Of a DNA stretch of 64,000 bases, positions 43,501-55,551 are shown piece after piece. The notes under the pieces are model-generated. The model made no database searches. It had not been told where the DNA came from and worked only from the letters and a program-made list of their open reading frames with translations. The position numbers and the translations under genes are program-made. Position 1 is the stretch's first letter, and each line of letters opens with the position of its first letter. The stretch spans positions 39,488,001 through 39,552,000 of the forward strand of contig CP068257.2 of assembly GCA_009914755.4 (NCBI GenBank), read 5' to 3'. This stretch comes from the human T2T-CHM13v2.0 reference genome, Homo sapiens.

Positions 43501-45749
43501 ACATAAGTAGCTCTCGGCCCCAGGGCACCATGACCTTTGAAGCACTTGGTGCTCGGTGTTGGAAAGCAAACCAGAGAAGATGGTCAGTGACGTCTTCATG
43601 TGGAGAAAAGAGAAGGGGAGGATGCATCTGAGGCACTTCTGGAAAGAAAGCAGGACGGGAAAAAGAGAGCTCCACGTCTTGAATATAATCAGGGACTCGG
43701 GACTCCGCAGCATGACCTCTACAGGTGACCTCACCTGGGAAAGAAAGGACGTGGCTTGAATCAGTTGTTTGCAACCCTGTCTCTCCCCCATAAAACTTCT
43801 CCATCCAAAGAAATCTTACTCAGAAGACTGTCTCAGACCTGCCTGTGGGAGGATTCTCTCGCTAGCCAGAAAGTATAGGACCAATGCCCGCTGGAGATTT
43901 TACCATTTGTTTTCTCCCTCTCACCTGTGCCCAGACACCCATAGGGTGACCGACCTCTGCCCTACGGGGATCCTGGCAGTCCCAGCAGCCCAGAAACCCC
44001 CATCCAGGTGCCAGGGTCAGAGGCGCAGGAATGTGTCACAGACTCCTGGCATGACAACAAGTGTCGTGGCCGAGACAATGGCCAGGCTGCCTCTGCTATG
44101 AGGCAGTGCGTGTTCTTGCATCATTATGTGTTCCCCCAGAACAGAAACGAGGGGCTGGGGCTGGCCCTCAGACACAATTCTCCTATTTACTTCCTGGGGC
44201 AGCCATAACAAAGCACCACAAGCTGGGGGTGCTTAAATGACAGGAAGGTACTCTCTCAGCTGGGGATCCAGCATCTAGATGTGGGCAGAGCTGCTCCTCC
44301 TGAGGCTCCTCCTAACTCTGGTGGTTGCTGGTGATCAAAGGGCCTCACTGAGTTCCCTCAGGGGTGGAAGGTGCTCCTCAACAGGCAGCAGGACCTGCCT
44401 CCCAGGGCTCCCCAACTCTCCTTAGCAGGAAGAGGCATCATGAAAGTGGGCTCCCATAAGTGGCCCAAGTGCCAAGCCCTGGGCGCCATGCTTGTGCAGG
44501 ACAGTGCATTTCCTCTTGTTGATCTGTGAGGGAAGGATGACACGCCCAGTGTACAGAGGAGGAAACTGAGGTCCCAAGAAGCCGAGAAATGTTACTCAAA
44601 GTCCCACAGTTAGACAGGATTGCTCAAGGCTTATTTGACTTCCAAGTCCTTGTTCTTCCTACAGCACCAACCTGCCATTTATAATATGATGCTGAATGCA
44701 TTTCCTCCTCTAGAGGTTGATCAAAACTAAATCAGGAAATCAGTGGTGCCTACAGAAACCAGTGTTTATGATTCACATCTTTCAAGGCAGGAATGGGAAG
44801 CAAATGCTTCTGGGGGATCGCGATGACATGGAGGTGAATTCCTCCAGCAAATGTGATTGTGGAGTTACCGCGTGGTGAGATAAGTAGGGGAGGGCATCTG
44901 GGTTAAAAATAGACATTAAAAAATGCTCCCGAACACAGTTTGGAGATTGAAGGTGTACAGGAAACTGGGACACTGATCAAGCCCCAGTGGGACAGACTAT
45001 TCCGAAGGAAGCCCGGAGGAGAACCATGACTCCACCTGCCCCCTTCTGCTGGAGGAGTAGAGGCGTCCTGGCAGCTTCACTCGCTCAGGCAGGATGGAGG
45101 TGACATAAATGTTTCCTGCACCAAAGCATTCAGAGCTAGGTTAGGAAAGTACAGACAAGAAGAAAGGACAGCAGTCACAAAACTGGCCTTTCTAGTTCTT
45201 CCTTAGATCTCATAGTGAGCTCAGTAGCAACTGGGGTAAAGTAGGTGCTCCTACTTCAGCAAGGACGAATCATAAGATGACCCCATCCCATCACCGAGTC
45301 CCCTCATTTTCCACCTTTCTCTCACTGGCTCCCCAATCCCAAGTGTACCTCTGCTCCAACATCCACCCCTCCTCACTTCCACCTTTAGCGCCTACCTGAG
45401 TGGATCTCGCTGGGCCTGTGAACCCCTCAGCCACAGGTGCTGTTTCTCCAGGGCCCTCCATGGGGTCCTGGGCTTTCCAGGGCTCCTCATGCCCTAAGCC
45501 TACTGAGGACAAGCCTCCAGGAGCTAACTGCACACAGTGCTCCCACACTCTGGATAGACAAGGTGTTGTGGTCTCTGTCTAGTACCACAGGTCATGAGGC
45601 TGAGACAGTTTCATCAAGTTCAAAGACAGGCACTGATGATTTGCTTCTGTTACCCTGTGAGATTTAAATGACAGAATCATGTGGCTACTCTCATTTTTTC
45701 CCTTCCCTTCCCTTTCCTTTCCTTTTCTTTCCTTTCATTTCCTTTCTGA

Positions 45750-46029
45750 CACAGGGATTTGCTGTGTCACCCAGGCTGGAGTACAGCAGTACCTTCTCTG
45801 CTTATTGAAGCCTTGATCTCCTAGGCTCAGGTGATCCTCCCACCACAGCCCCCCAGGCAGCTGGGATTACAAGTACGTACCATCACACCTGGCTAAGTTT
45901 TTGTATTTTTCATAGAGCCAGGGCCTCACTATGTTGTCCAGTACGGTCTCGAACTCCTGGACTCAAGCAATCCTCTCACCTCAGCCTCACAAATTGCTGG
46001 GATTACAAGCGTGAGCCACTGTGCCCAGC
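45750..46029 (-). mobile_element. Alu (older, AluJ-like), preceded by a degenerate (CCTTT)n tail at 45697-45749
   Basis: 'acagggatttgctgtgtcacccaggctggagtacagcagtaccttctctgcttattgaagcc' ... 'gctgggattacaagcgtgagccactgtgcccagc'. Confidence 0.9.
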
Positions 46030-46320
46030 TTTTTTCTTTTCTTTTTTTTCTTTTTTTTTTTTTGGACAGAGTCTCATTCTGTTGCTCAGGCTGAGTGCAT
46101 TGGTGTAATCATGGCTCACTGTAGCCTTGACCTCCGGGCTCAAGTGACCCTCCTGCCTCAGCCTTCTGAGTAGATGGGATTACAGGTGTGTGCCACCATG
46201 CCTGGCTTTTTAAATTATTCTTATTATTTGTATAGGTCTTGAACTCCTGGGCTCAAGCAATCTACCCACCTCAGCCTCCCAAAGTGCTGGGATTACAGGT
46301 GTGAACCACCATGCCCAGCC
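46030..46320 (-). mobile_element. Alu (diverged, middle region rearranged), directly abutting the previous Alu
   Basis: 'ttttttggacagagtctcattctgttgctcaggctgagtgcattggtgtaatcatggctcactgtagcc' ... 'gggattacaggtgtgaaccaccatgcccagcc'. Confidence 0.9.
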
Positions 46321-49300
46321 CTCATTCTCATTTATTCTGAGAACGTGAGAAATTGTCCAGGAAGCCCTCCCTTCCTACTCATTAGGTGAGGTCACATTCT
46401 GCCACCTGCCAGACCCACTCAGCTCTGTGCGCAGTGCCACGCCAGGCCCACTGGAGCTGCCCAAGACTGTGGTCAGCCTCTCTGCTCCCATGGAAGCAAC
46501 TGGAGAGAAGAGTGAGAAATATGAGTCAAAAAGTTGTGTGGCGACGTGGGGTGGGGGATCCTTTCCTGCAGGACATGAGAAAAATGGATGGTGAATGGCA
46601 GAGTTTGAGGAGGACCATATGTAGGCACTTGTCTTTCTGTATCTATGTCAAAAAAGCATAATTTTAAGAAAGAAATTGAGTTCTGTCATTTTAAAAGTCG
46701 GAAACTTTAATCAAACTCTACCTCTGCTATCTACCAGGTATTTGCAACTCTGAACAAATTATTTTGCTTATATAAGCCTTTATTTCCTCAACCTGTAAAC
46801 TTGAGATAATAAGTCTTGTTTCCCTCACCTCAAAAGGTTGCTGGATGAGCCTATTATATTGGGAATTAAATGTAGGTTTGGTTTTTTCTGGCCAAGTATA
46901 AAGCACTGTAAAAATGCAGGGTATTTACTCTTGCCCTATGGTAAAGAGAAAATTAAAGTAATTGGTGCTATTATATTCTACTCCTAGCTTTTGTGAAAGA
47001 TTTAGTGTAGATTATATAAACTCTTAAAAAGCTTTATTGTATGTTGATCAACAAAAACGTCTGTTTGAAAGACGTGATGCCTGAAAAAGTAATATGTTTA
47101 TTAAACCTAATAAATGCATCTGTATAAAAGCATCCAGATTCTACCATTTTCAAGGGACTGTTGCAAAGATCCAAGGGCACCGTGAGGCTGCAAACCTCCT
47201 TGAACTCTGAAAAGCAATTCACGTATTAGTTGTGGCTGATATTATGATGAGTGCAAGCTGCAGGCAGCAGCGTGGCCAGCCCTGAGTCCACCAGAGGGAG
47301 ACGAATCACACCACTGGAGGCTCAGGGGAGACATCAGCTGTGAGGGGGCAGCAGGATGATTGCCATGAAAGGGAGGACAATGGAAGAGAAGGGAGGAGAT
47401 GGACATGGGGTTGGGAGAGCCACAGGGACAGAGAGCATGGAGAGCCCCAAGCAGAGAGTGGCAGAGGGGCACTCAGAGACACCCTCACCGCCCCTGGTGG
47501 ATACCGTTTAGCTCCCTCAAAAGACGAGGAGCGCTTGAGCAGGGAAGGGGAGCCCCCAGAAGCATCCAGCCCAGCACTGGTCGGGAACTGGAACCAGCCG
47601 CTGAGGCTCCCGTTCTACCCCAGGGCACTGACAAGTCACGAGGCTGCAAATCCTAGGTATTTACCCACCTCACTTCCTGGTCTTTAAGATTGCAGCTGCC
47701 AAAACCTTGTCATCGTCCTACGATTGTTTTCAGGGGTTTCAGCTCGACTACTTTAATGCAATGACAGTGTCACATTTATATCCTGGAACCCATCCAGATG
47801 CTCTGGAGGCCAGAACACCCTGCCAGGAGAGGATAATGAAGCAGATGACACCTAAGAGGGTTGCAGGCCCAGCTGACAACCCCCTACCCCAGCCTGAGTT
47901 GGCAACCTTTGGACATAGTCCTCAGCTTGGGGGCAGAAGAGGCTGCTGGGGCCCCCTGAGGTGCTGTTGTCTTCTGAAAGCTTCCTCATTCTGGTTGTGC
48001 TGAGCAGGGAGGTCAAAGCCTCTTACTCCAAAAAGTCAGCAGATCATTAGTCTAATTAGCATAATAAAGCTGGCATTTTCGCTTGGCTCTGAGCCTGGAG
48101 TTAAGTAGCTTACAGTTGTGCAGGGTGTGGACTGCACAACCCAACGGTTCTCATTCCCATGGACTTGCTAGACATGGCACCCCCCAGAGGCTGTTCAGTG
48201 TCCAGCTTGTTTAACCCTGAGCAGGGTCTGGAAGTTAGGGACCTACAGGCTATGGTGGTGTAGGGAGGAAAATGGGCTTACCTGCTAGTGAAGACTGCGG
48301 GAGGTCAGTGTTTAGGGAGGAAAGAAAATCAACAGGAAATGTGGAATACGCGTTTCTTCCACTCTGTTCTCCAGGATTTTCATTCCTTGGCCAGTTGCTT
48401 CCGGGAATTTATTCCCTTGTCTGGAAATACCATCTCTCTGTTGTTCCTTGAAAACAAAGAACAGAAACATAAGAGAAATCCTTTCATTACCTGGTACAGG
48501 GCTACCCATGGACACAATGAGGGGCCTGTAGGAGCAAACAATGGGGGATTCATTGACCCCACTGAAAGAAATACGCACAAGCAGGCGAACCAACCCACAT
48601 CTTTTTTGTTGTTGTTGTTTATTTGTTTGTTTTGCTTTCACAATATTCTAACCGGGAAAAAAGCAAGTTTGATTCACAGGAGGAAAAAGCGGTTGGAGAC
48701 TTATGCAAACTGTTGTGATATTTGCACCCATATTCTAAAAAGGAACCCCGTGCATGCCGACCCCTGCCCACACAAGCAAGGGGGTCTGGAGAAAGTGAGC
48801 ATTTGCCATGAAAGCGGCAAGGAGGGTTTCTAAGATGCGACCTGCTTGCAAACCAGCCCAAGCTTCACTGCAATGTTCTTTTCAACTGTTTCCACCATTC
48901 TGAAGGTGGATGGCAGATGAGACCCTGGCCAGTCTCTGCAGCCGTGGAGACAAAAACTACAGGCTCAAGAACAAGGACTGGTGCTCAGTGAGAACTGCCC
49001 AACTCTCCCCAGCTCCCCCAAACCCGCTTTGTCCATTAAACAATCGGGAAACGGAGAAAAATATTTGCAGACACAATGTGGTCTGAGGTTGATACATTCT
49101 TATCTAGAGTAGATTCATCTTGGATAAACAGACACTGTTCATTTTCCTAAGACACAGGGCATTTCGTGCAGGTTCAGTGACAGAGCGGCTGGCTGTTTCT
49201 GCAAGTGGGGGTGCGTGGAGAGGGAGATGCAGAACAGTCGCGTCCCCACTTCTGCAAGCTAACTGGTTGTGCTTCTCGAAAAGGCTACCATCCCCGGGAG

Positions 49301-49464
49301 ACACTGCAGCTTCCCCTGTGAAAAGGAACCTCACTATCCCAAAATGGCACCAAATGCTCAAAGACAGTGTAGGTGGGTCAGGGCAGCCCCACCCTGCCGC
49401 TGCTGCGGAGCGGAACGAGCTTCCTCTTCCTTCTAAGATTCAACAACTACTCATTGAGCATTTA

Positions 49465-49535
49465 ACCAGTTTCTGCCACTTGCCAGTTGTGCCTCAGTTT
49501 CCTCATCTGTAAACAAGGGTGACAATTGTTAGATC
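49465..49535 (+). mobile_element. MIR fragment
   Basis: 'ccagtttctgccacttgccagttgtgcctcagtttcctcatctgtaaacaagggtgacaattgttag' versus the MIR core '..gcctcagtttcctcatctgtaaaatgggga..'. Confidence 0.5.
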
Positions 49536-49553
49536 TGCCATGCATGATGTTGC

Positions 49554-49870
49554 GAAGATTCAATGAGCTGATACTGTAGCTGCTTAGAAGAAGCCCCGGT
49601 CAACACAGGGCTGTGGTGAAGATTCAATGAACTGATACTGTAGCTGCTTAGAAGAAGCCAGGTCAACATGGGGCTGTCACGGAGATTCAATGAGCTGATA
49701 CTGTAGCTGCTTAGAGGAAGCCCAGGTCAACATGGGGCTGTGGTGAAGATTCAATGAGCTGATACTGTAACGGCTTAGAAGAAGCCAGGTCAACATGGGG
49801 CTGTCATGGAGACTCAATAAGCTGATACTGTAGCTGCTTAGAAGAAGTCCAGCTCAACATGGGGCACATG
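49554..49870. repeat. minisatellite: 5 copies of a 63-64 bp unit with a 127-bp higher-order (dimer) period
   Basis: Units begin at 49554, 49618, 49681, 49745 and 49808. The consensus is 'g[a/g]agattcaatgagctgatactgtagctgcttagaagaagccaggtcaacatggggctgt[ggt/cac]'. Odd copies end in 'ctgtggt' and even copies in 'ctgtca[c/t]g'. Confidence 0.9.
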
Positions 49871-50629
49871 CGCTGTCAGCCTCTATGACCACTTGCGGCA
49901 TCCAAAGGCCCTGTGCCACAAGGTCAGAGCATGGGATGTCATGGGACAGAATTCCAAGCATTAATCTGTGAGTCTCCTTTGCCCTCCATATGCTTTCCTT
50001 CATAGCATCCCAGGGGCTCCTCTTAGGAGGAAATGAGAAGCAAAGGCTGCAGATGCTCACATCGAGTGTTCTTGGAAAGGCTGTTGACCTGAGCGCCAGG
50101 GAGATAATTCCAGATGCGGGCACCATTGGGGTTGGTTTTCTCCTCCCTCCTGGTGGGGATGGAGGGCACAGGATGCAGGTGAGGTGAGGACCGGGAGGAC
50201 AGGGAGTTGTTTGAGAAAAACCTGCCAGGGTTGATGAGCCCTCCCTCAGTCAAGTAGTCTTGGGGAAACTGAGTCAGTGTCCAGGGGTTCTGCTTGTGGC
50301 TGGCTTCATGGGACCACCAACCAAAAGCAGCCAGCCATAGTCTGTGTCTCAGAAAATGTCCAGCCCCTCTGGCCATTCCACATGGAAGCCCCATCCAATG
50401 GTACTGGAGAGTCACCAGTCCTCCAGAGCACAGGTCGAGGCAGGGGGACTTGACGAGCAGTCTAGGACAGCCGGGGACCAGCCATATGCCTCAGGGGCAG
50501 CAGCGTGACACAGCACCTGTCCTGAAGGTGCTTGGGGCAGGACCAAGTGAAAGCCTGCGTGAGCACAGGGGGGCTGGTGTGAGAGCAGATGCAATGCGGT
50601 TTATGGCTAACGAGCCATCAAGAGATACT

Positions 50630-51252
50630 GATGTGTATGGGTGTGCTGTGTATGTGTCTGTATGTGGTAGTATGTGATGTGTTTGTGTGGTATGTAGTAT
50701 GTATTGTGTGTGTGTAGCATTGCATGCGCAATGTGTGTGCCGCGTGTGGTGTGCAATGTGTGTGCCATATGTGTGGCGTGTGTGATGTGTGTGTGCTATG
50801 TGTGTGGTGTATAGCGTGTGTGTCCTGTGTGCTGTTTGCTTGTGTGATGTGTGGTATGTAGTGTTGTGTGGTGAGGGAGTATATATGATGTCTGTGTGGT
50901 GTGCAATGTGTGTGTCTGGGTGTGTGATATGTGGTGTGGTGGGGGAGTATATATGATGTGTGTGTGGTGTGCGATGTGTGTGTCTGAGTGTGTGATGTGT
51001 GGTGTGTAGTGTGGTGTGGTAAGGGAGTGTATATGATGTGTGTGCGGTATGCAATGTGTGTGTCTGAGTATGTGATGTCTGGTGTGTAGTGTTGTGTGGT
51101 GAGGGAGTGTATATGATGTGTGTGTGGTGTGTGATGTATGTGTCTGGGTGTGTGATGTGAGGTGTGTAGTGTGGTGTGGCGAGACAGTGTGTAAGTGTGA
51201 TGTGTGCTTGTGTGTGTGGAGGTTGAGTGTCTCCATGTGTGTGTGTGTGATG
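50630..51252. repeat. GT-rich complex minisatellite (about 70-82 bp unit, 4-5 clear copies, inside a longer (TG)-rich tract)
   Basis: The landmark 'g(t)gtatatatgatgt[c/g]tgtg[t/c]gg' recurs at about 50878, 50947, 51029 and 51108. Each unit is '..tgtgcaatgtgtgtgtctgagtgtgtgatgtgtggtgtgtagtgtggtgtggtgagggag'. It explains the long minus-strand His/Thr ORFs 50491..51414 (307 aa) and 50796..51491. Confidence 0.8.
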
Positions 51253-51864
51253 GGGGAGAATGGGGTCTCTGAGCTTGGGGTGGTCAGGGAAACCTTCCTG
51301 TGTGCACCAGGACCTGGTGAGGCTTCTCCAGCAGGAGGAGAAATGGAACCCGATATGAGCAGCTGTTGGGGAAAAAAGCCCAAGATCACTTTCAACAATG
51401 CAGTTGTGGAGCACAGGTCAAGGCTTGGAAGAATGGAGGATGCCACTACCTGAGTAACTAAGGAATGTTTCCTCATTTGTGGGGTGGTCACGGTGAAAGT
51501 ACCTTTGGGTTGTTGTGGGTTAGGAGAACCTAACTGCTGCAGCTGTCACATCTGCTACCCAGAAAGGGCTCTGAAGAGTTGCTACTGAAGCCCCTGATGA
51601 TACTGTTCATCCATCATACCCTGCAACGTCGTTATTTTAATATTGTAAGCTATTAATGCAGTAAAATACTTTATTCAAGTATTGAAATCATCTAAGCTTC
51701 CTATTCCCTAGAGATGCATGAATAACAGAGCTCTGATGCTTATTTAAGTTTGTATAGGATTTTACATTTTGCAAAATATTCTCAAATACAAAATCATCTC
51801 ATATCAGTTACCTTCCCCCACCACTGCCAATTAGTCTCTGGCTAGTGATGTAACCCTTATGTAC

Positions 51865-51975
51865 CCCAGATTCCTCATCTGTTAAAATCAGGTTGATGGG
51901 AGGATTAAATGACTTAGTAAAGGTAAAGCGTTGGCATTTGTATACAGTAAGTGCTCAATAAATGTTAGCCAGCAA
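51865..51975 (+). mobile_element. MIR (central and 3' core)
   Basis: 'cagattcctcatctgttaaaatcaggttgatgggaggattaaatgacttagtaaaggtaaagcgttggcatttgtatacagtaagtgctcaataaatgttagccagc'. Confidence 0.6.
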
Positions 51976-52107
51976 CAATAAGTGTTGCTTCTCCGGGTAA
52001 GTTCTCTGCTTTACCTGAGATGCTTGGTCCTGGGGTTCCAGAGTCAGTCACCCTCATTGATAGAAGACAGACATGAAAGTGGGCCTGAGAACATGCAAAG
52101 GACATAA

Positions 52108-52199
52108 AAAGGAAGAAAGGAGAGAGAAAGTGAGAGAGGGAAAGAGTGAGAGAAAGAGAGGGAGAGAGAAGGGAGAGAGAGAGAGATTGAGATTGAAGG
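52108..52199. repeat. GA-rich purine tract
   Basis: 'ggaagaaaggagagagaaagtgagagagggaaagagtgagagaaagagagggagagagaagggagagagagagagattgagattgaag'. Confidence 0.8.
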
Positions 52200-52500
52200 C
52201 CAGTGAGGTCATGTGCAGAAAAGATAGCCAAGATCACCAAACCACGGATGGCCCCATATACATGCAATTTCCATTTTCCTCTTCTGTTTTCTTTCCCAGC
52301 AGAATTTGCAAGCATATGGAAGTCAAGACCTAAGCCCAGTATCTTCCTGTGTTGTCTCTGGCTGGAGGGACAATAGAAGATCATTTAACCTGAATGTCCA
52401 CATTGAGATCTGTTCATACTAACAGCACTTTCAGAATTGTATATATTAACAGCCCCATTTTTTATAGATATGGTAGCACAAAATATTAAATATGGAAAGT

Positions 52501-52870
52501 GGGTGTATTAGTCTGTTCTCATGCTGCTATAAGGACATACCTGAGACTGGGTAATTTATAAAGGAAGGAAGTTTAATTGACTCACAGTTATGCAGGACTA
52601 GGGAGGCCTCAGGAAACTTAGAAGGGGAAGCTAACACTTCCTTCTTCACATGGCGGCAGCAAGGAGAAGAATGGGTGCTCAGAGAAGGGGGAAGTCCCTG
52701 ATAAAACCATCAGCTCTCATGAGAACTCACTCACAAGAGTGAGAACAGGATGGGGGAAACTGCCCCCATGATTCAGTTTTCTCTACCTGGTCCTTCCCAG
52801 GACACATGGGGATTATGGGAACTATAATTCAAGATGAAATTTTGGGTGGGGACACAGCCAAACCTTATCA
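52501..52870 (-). mobile_element. MaLR solo LTR (THE1/MST family), antisense
   Basis: 'gggtgtattagtctgttctcatgctgctataaggacatacctgagactgggtaatttataaaggaaggaagtttaattgactcacagtt..' ... '..ggggattatgggaactataattcaagatgaaattttgggtggggacacagccaaaccttatca' is the reverse complement of the THE1 LTR consensus. Confidence 0.75.
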
Positions 52871-53795
52871 GTAGGCATAGGAAGAAATAAGTGGACTTAA
52901 AAGAATTATGCCTTAAAAAAACAAAATACCCTGTAAATCAACTGGGTTTACATGAACAAATAAAAGAGGAGTTACACAAAATCCTATGTATTTAGTGACA
53001 AAAGACAATGAAAAAATTGTGTTTTCAGTCTTCTGTCCCAGATCAGAAGTTTGAGGGCCTGCTCATTTGAAAATGACTTTTTAAAACCCATGAAGTTATT
53101 TTTAATGGAAGTCTTACTTATTAAAGATTCTTGTTGCTATCTGCAGATCCCAAACAAGATTCTTTGGCGTCCTCAGCTTGCTCTTCTCCCTTTCCTTGGT
53201 AGACTTTTCTCTTTGTCTGTACTTCAAGTGCCTCCTGCCAAGTAGAAAATGAAGAGTCAGTCCGTGTGCTGGGCTCAGAGCCCTGCCGTTTTAGTGGCTT
53301 CATGGATGGCTTGGCACAACTAGGGAGCAATGGTGTCTCCCACACCTGAGATGGACCCTGTTGGACTCAGAGTGGCCAGCAGGATGTGGGTTGACCCCAG
53401 TAGCACATTAAGCTCAGCCCAGAGTGGCAGGAACTGAGGCGGCCAGGAGAATGTGCAAGGGCCACCCAGACTGTAGGACAAGCTAGGAATCCAGTAAAGA
53501 AGAGGGCCCTGGCAGTTCCTTTGGAATCCCTGTGATTCCTTCTTTCATTCATGGCTTCATTCATTCAACAAATATGTATTGAGCACTTGTGACATGCCAC
53601 CTTCTGTTTTGGGTATTCAGGATACATCAGTCAACAGAATAGGCAAAGATTGATTGCTACCCTCGTGGAGCTTATGTGCTGGGGAGGGAGGTATGCAGGG
53701 AGACAGGGCACAGTGAGATGGTGAAAGTCCACAGCAAACACAATGAGCCATCCATTTGTGTGGTCTGTTATAAAATGATTAGAGCTGTGGAAGGA

Positions 53796-54095
53796 CAGAA
53801 GAAAGGAAAGAGGAAGAGAGGGAGGGAGGAAGGGAGGGAGGGACAAATGGAGAGAAGGAAGGAAAGAAAGACAGGGAGGGAAGAAAGGAAAGAGAAAGAA
53901 AAAGAAAGAGAGAGAGAAAAGAAAAGAAAGAGAAAGAAAGGAAGGAAGGAAGAGAAAAGGAAAGGAAAGAAAGAAAAGAGGGAGGGGGAAAGGAAGAGAA
54001 GAAGGAAGGGAAAGAAAGGAAAGGAAAAAAGAAAGGAAGGCAGGCAAACAGGCAGGTAGAAAGAAGGAAGAAAAAAAGGAAAGAGGAAAATGAAA
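53796..54095. repeat. 300-bp purine-rich (GGAA/GAAAG/GAGG)n tract
   Basis: Almost pure A and G on the + strand for about 300 bp. It explains ORFs 53631..54047(-), 53676..54059(+), 53768..54100(-) and 53779..54306(-). Confidence 0.9.
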
Positions 54096-55256
54096 ACCAT
54101 AGGGAGTCAGGGAGTGCCTGGGCCAAGGCAGGGAGGAAGGGGCCTGGCTGTGACTGGAAATGGGAGGTGCCCTCTGGGCAAGGACTTGAGGAATTGTAGG
54201 AGTGTTCGTCCTGGAGCCATCCAGCAGGTAGCCTTCCAGGTAGAAGTAAGGGGCTGCAAGGAGGCCTTAAGGGTACAGCCCACCTGATCATTCCCCAGAG
54301 TCGCAATGAGGCTGGAGGCCTGAGGGGCTGGAGCAGAACAGATTGCAGTGGGAGAGCAAGGGGGCTTATGGACCACAGAGGGCCTCAAGGACCACTGTAA
54401 GATGCAGTCCCATGGGAACCATTGCAGGCTTTTAAACAGAGGAGGGACACTCTGTGCCATATTTTAACAAGATCACTGGGGCCGCTGGGCAGAGAACAGA
54501 CCATGGGGACAAGGGTGGAGGCCAGAGACCTGCTGGAGGCTGTGGCAGGTGAGGGAGGATGGGAGCTGGGGCCAGGTGGCTGTGGAGAGGTGAGAAGCGG
54601 TTGGTCAGTTTCTGGTAAAGGTCGAAGGTAGATCCAGCATGACTCCTGACGGCTGGATGTGTGGTGTGAGAAAAAGAAGAGTCAAGGGTGTCTCCAAACT
54701 GTGGTCTGAACAGCAAGAGGGACAGATGGGACCTGTGGCTGAGGTGAGGAGGATGGCAGGTAGGGAAGAGAGGGGATGACAGAGCAGAAATTCCATGTGG
54801 ATGCTGTAGAATCTGAGATGGATGTGAGGAAAGCCCAGTGGACTATCAAAGAGGCAGAGGGTATAAGAGTAGTGGGCATTCAGGAGAGGTCTGAGCTGGA
54901 ACTAAAACAGATGAGATATTTTGAGTCATGATTGAAATGTGGGTGAGATCCCCAGAGATCAACAATGGACGGGGCGCAGGAAAGAACCAGGGACTGCACC
55001 CTGGCATCTCCAGCACTAAGAAGTGGAGGAGAAGAGGAGGAACCCACAAAAGAACCTGCGAAGGAGGGACTCAGAGGAAAGAGAAAAACCAAGAGAAAGA
55101 CATTGCAGAAATCAAGAGAATGGAGTTAGAGTGGTCAGCACTGCATCAAATATTGCCAAGGGTTCAGGTCAGATGGGGACTGGGGTTTGAAGATGATTCC
55201 AAGTTTTATTCAAGAACTAATATAAAATACTCCATTCTGGAGTTTGCAGCCAAAGA

Positions 55257-55551
<295 letters not shown>

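Noticed and set aside
49554-49870. A regularly spaced repeat array that superficially resembles a CRISPR locus
   Set aside because: The units abut each other with no unique spacers. The context is primate DNA with Alu, L1 and MIR, and no cas-like ORFs are present. It is a minisatellite.
50491-51491. The longest ORFs in the track (307 aa and 231 aa, minus strand), rich in His/Thr/Pro
   Set aside because: They lie entirely within the GT-rich minisatellite and are periodic low-complexity translation of (CA)-rich complement. They have no start context and no domain-like sequence.
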